A stretch of 64,000 nucleotides of DNA, from positions 55,800,001 through 55,864,000 of the forward strand of contig OZ024749.1 in NCBI GenBank assembly GCA_964016885.1, in the 5' to 3' direction. How positions within the stretch are numbered: position 1 is the stretch's first letter; each line of letters begins with the position of its first letter. The position numbers were made by a program, and so were the translations under genes. Origin of the DNA: Eledone cirrhosa (taxonomy: Eukaryota). Shown one piece after another: positions 63,816-64,000 of the stretch. A model generated the notes under the pieces. That model saw nothing but the letters and a program-made list of their open reading frames with translations. It was not told the DNA's origin and made no database searches.

Positions 63816-64000
63816 AAGAGTCAGGAACCCGACGATTAAGCTCCGACTGTTTCGACAGCTAGATCCGAACTGTTCGGATCTAGCTGTCGAAAGGGCCGGA
63901 GTTCAGCCGTCGGGGGGGGGGGGGGGGGGGGGGGTCCTGACTCTTTTCATATTACCCACTCTACTACCCTAAGTATCGAGGACTCTGGTGGGTTATGGTC
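63816..64000 (+). mobile_element. hammerhead-associated family B with fold-back (runs off the window end)
   Basis: Perfect 21-bp stem 63850-70/63872-92 with a 1-nt loop, extending imperfectly to 63816. The body matches 59959-60060. Confidence 0.8.

Overview
AT-rich, repeat-dominated eukaryotic DNA with no recognisable host gene. The tRNA-derived SINE families and the very long (TA)n-based microsatellites point to a cephalopod, probably Octopus (inference). Almost all ORFs in the track are microsatellite artefacts. The only clear protein-coding stretch is the uninterrupted RT-containing C-terminal part of ORF2 from a 5'-truncated CR1-type LINE (44380-45954) embedded in a TA array. The window also holds about 20 SINE copies, an RTE LINE remnant, two mariner-type MITE fragments and several minisatellites. 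The most notable signal is a set of at least four unrelated families of short (roughly 60-370 bp) elements sitting at (TA)n tracts. They carry complete or partial type I hammerhead ribozyme motifs (CUGANGA...GAAA-stem III-UH), and most have a fold-back inverted duplication at the 5' end. Four of them cluster in 50.6-52.5 kb, including a 337-bp palindrome with an intact hammerhead core on each strand. They resemble solo or non-autonomous Penelope-like pLTRs or retrozyme-like elements. The ribozyme folds were paired by eye and are not experimentally tested.
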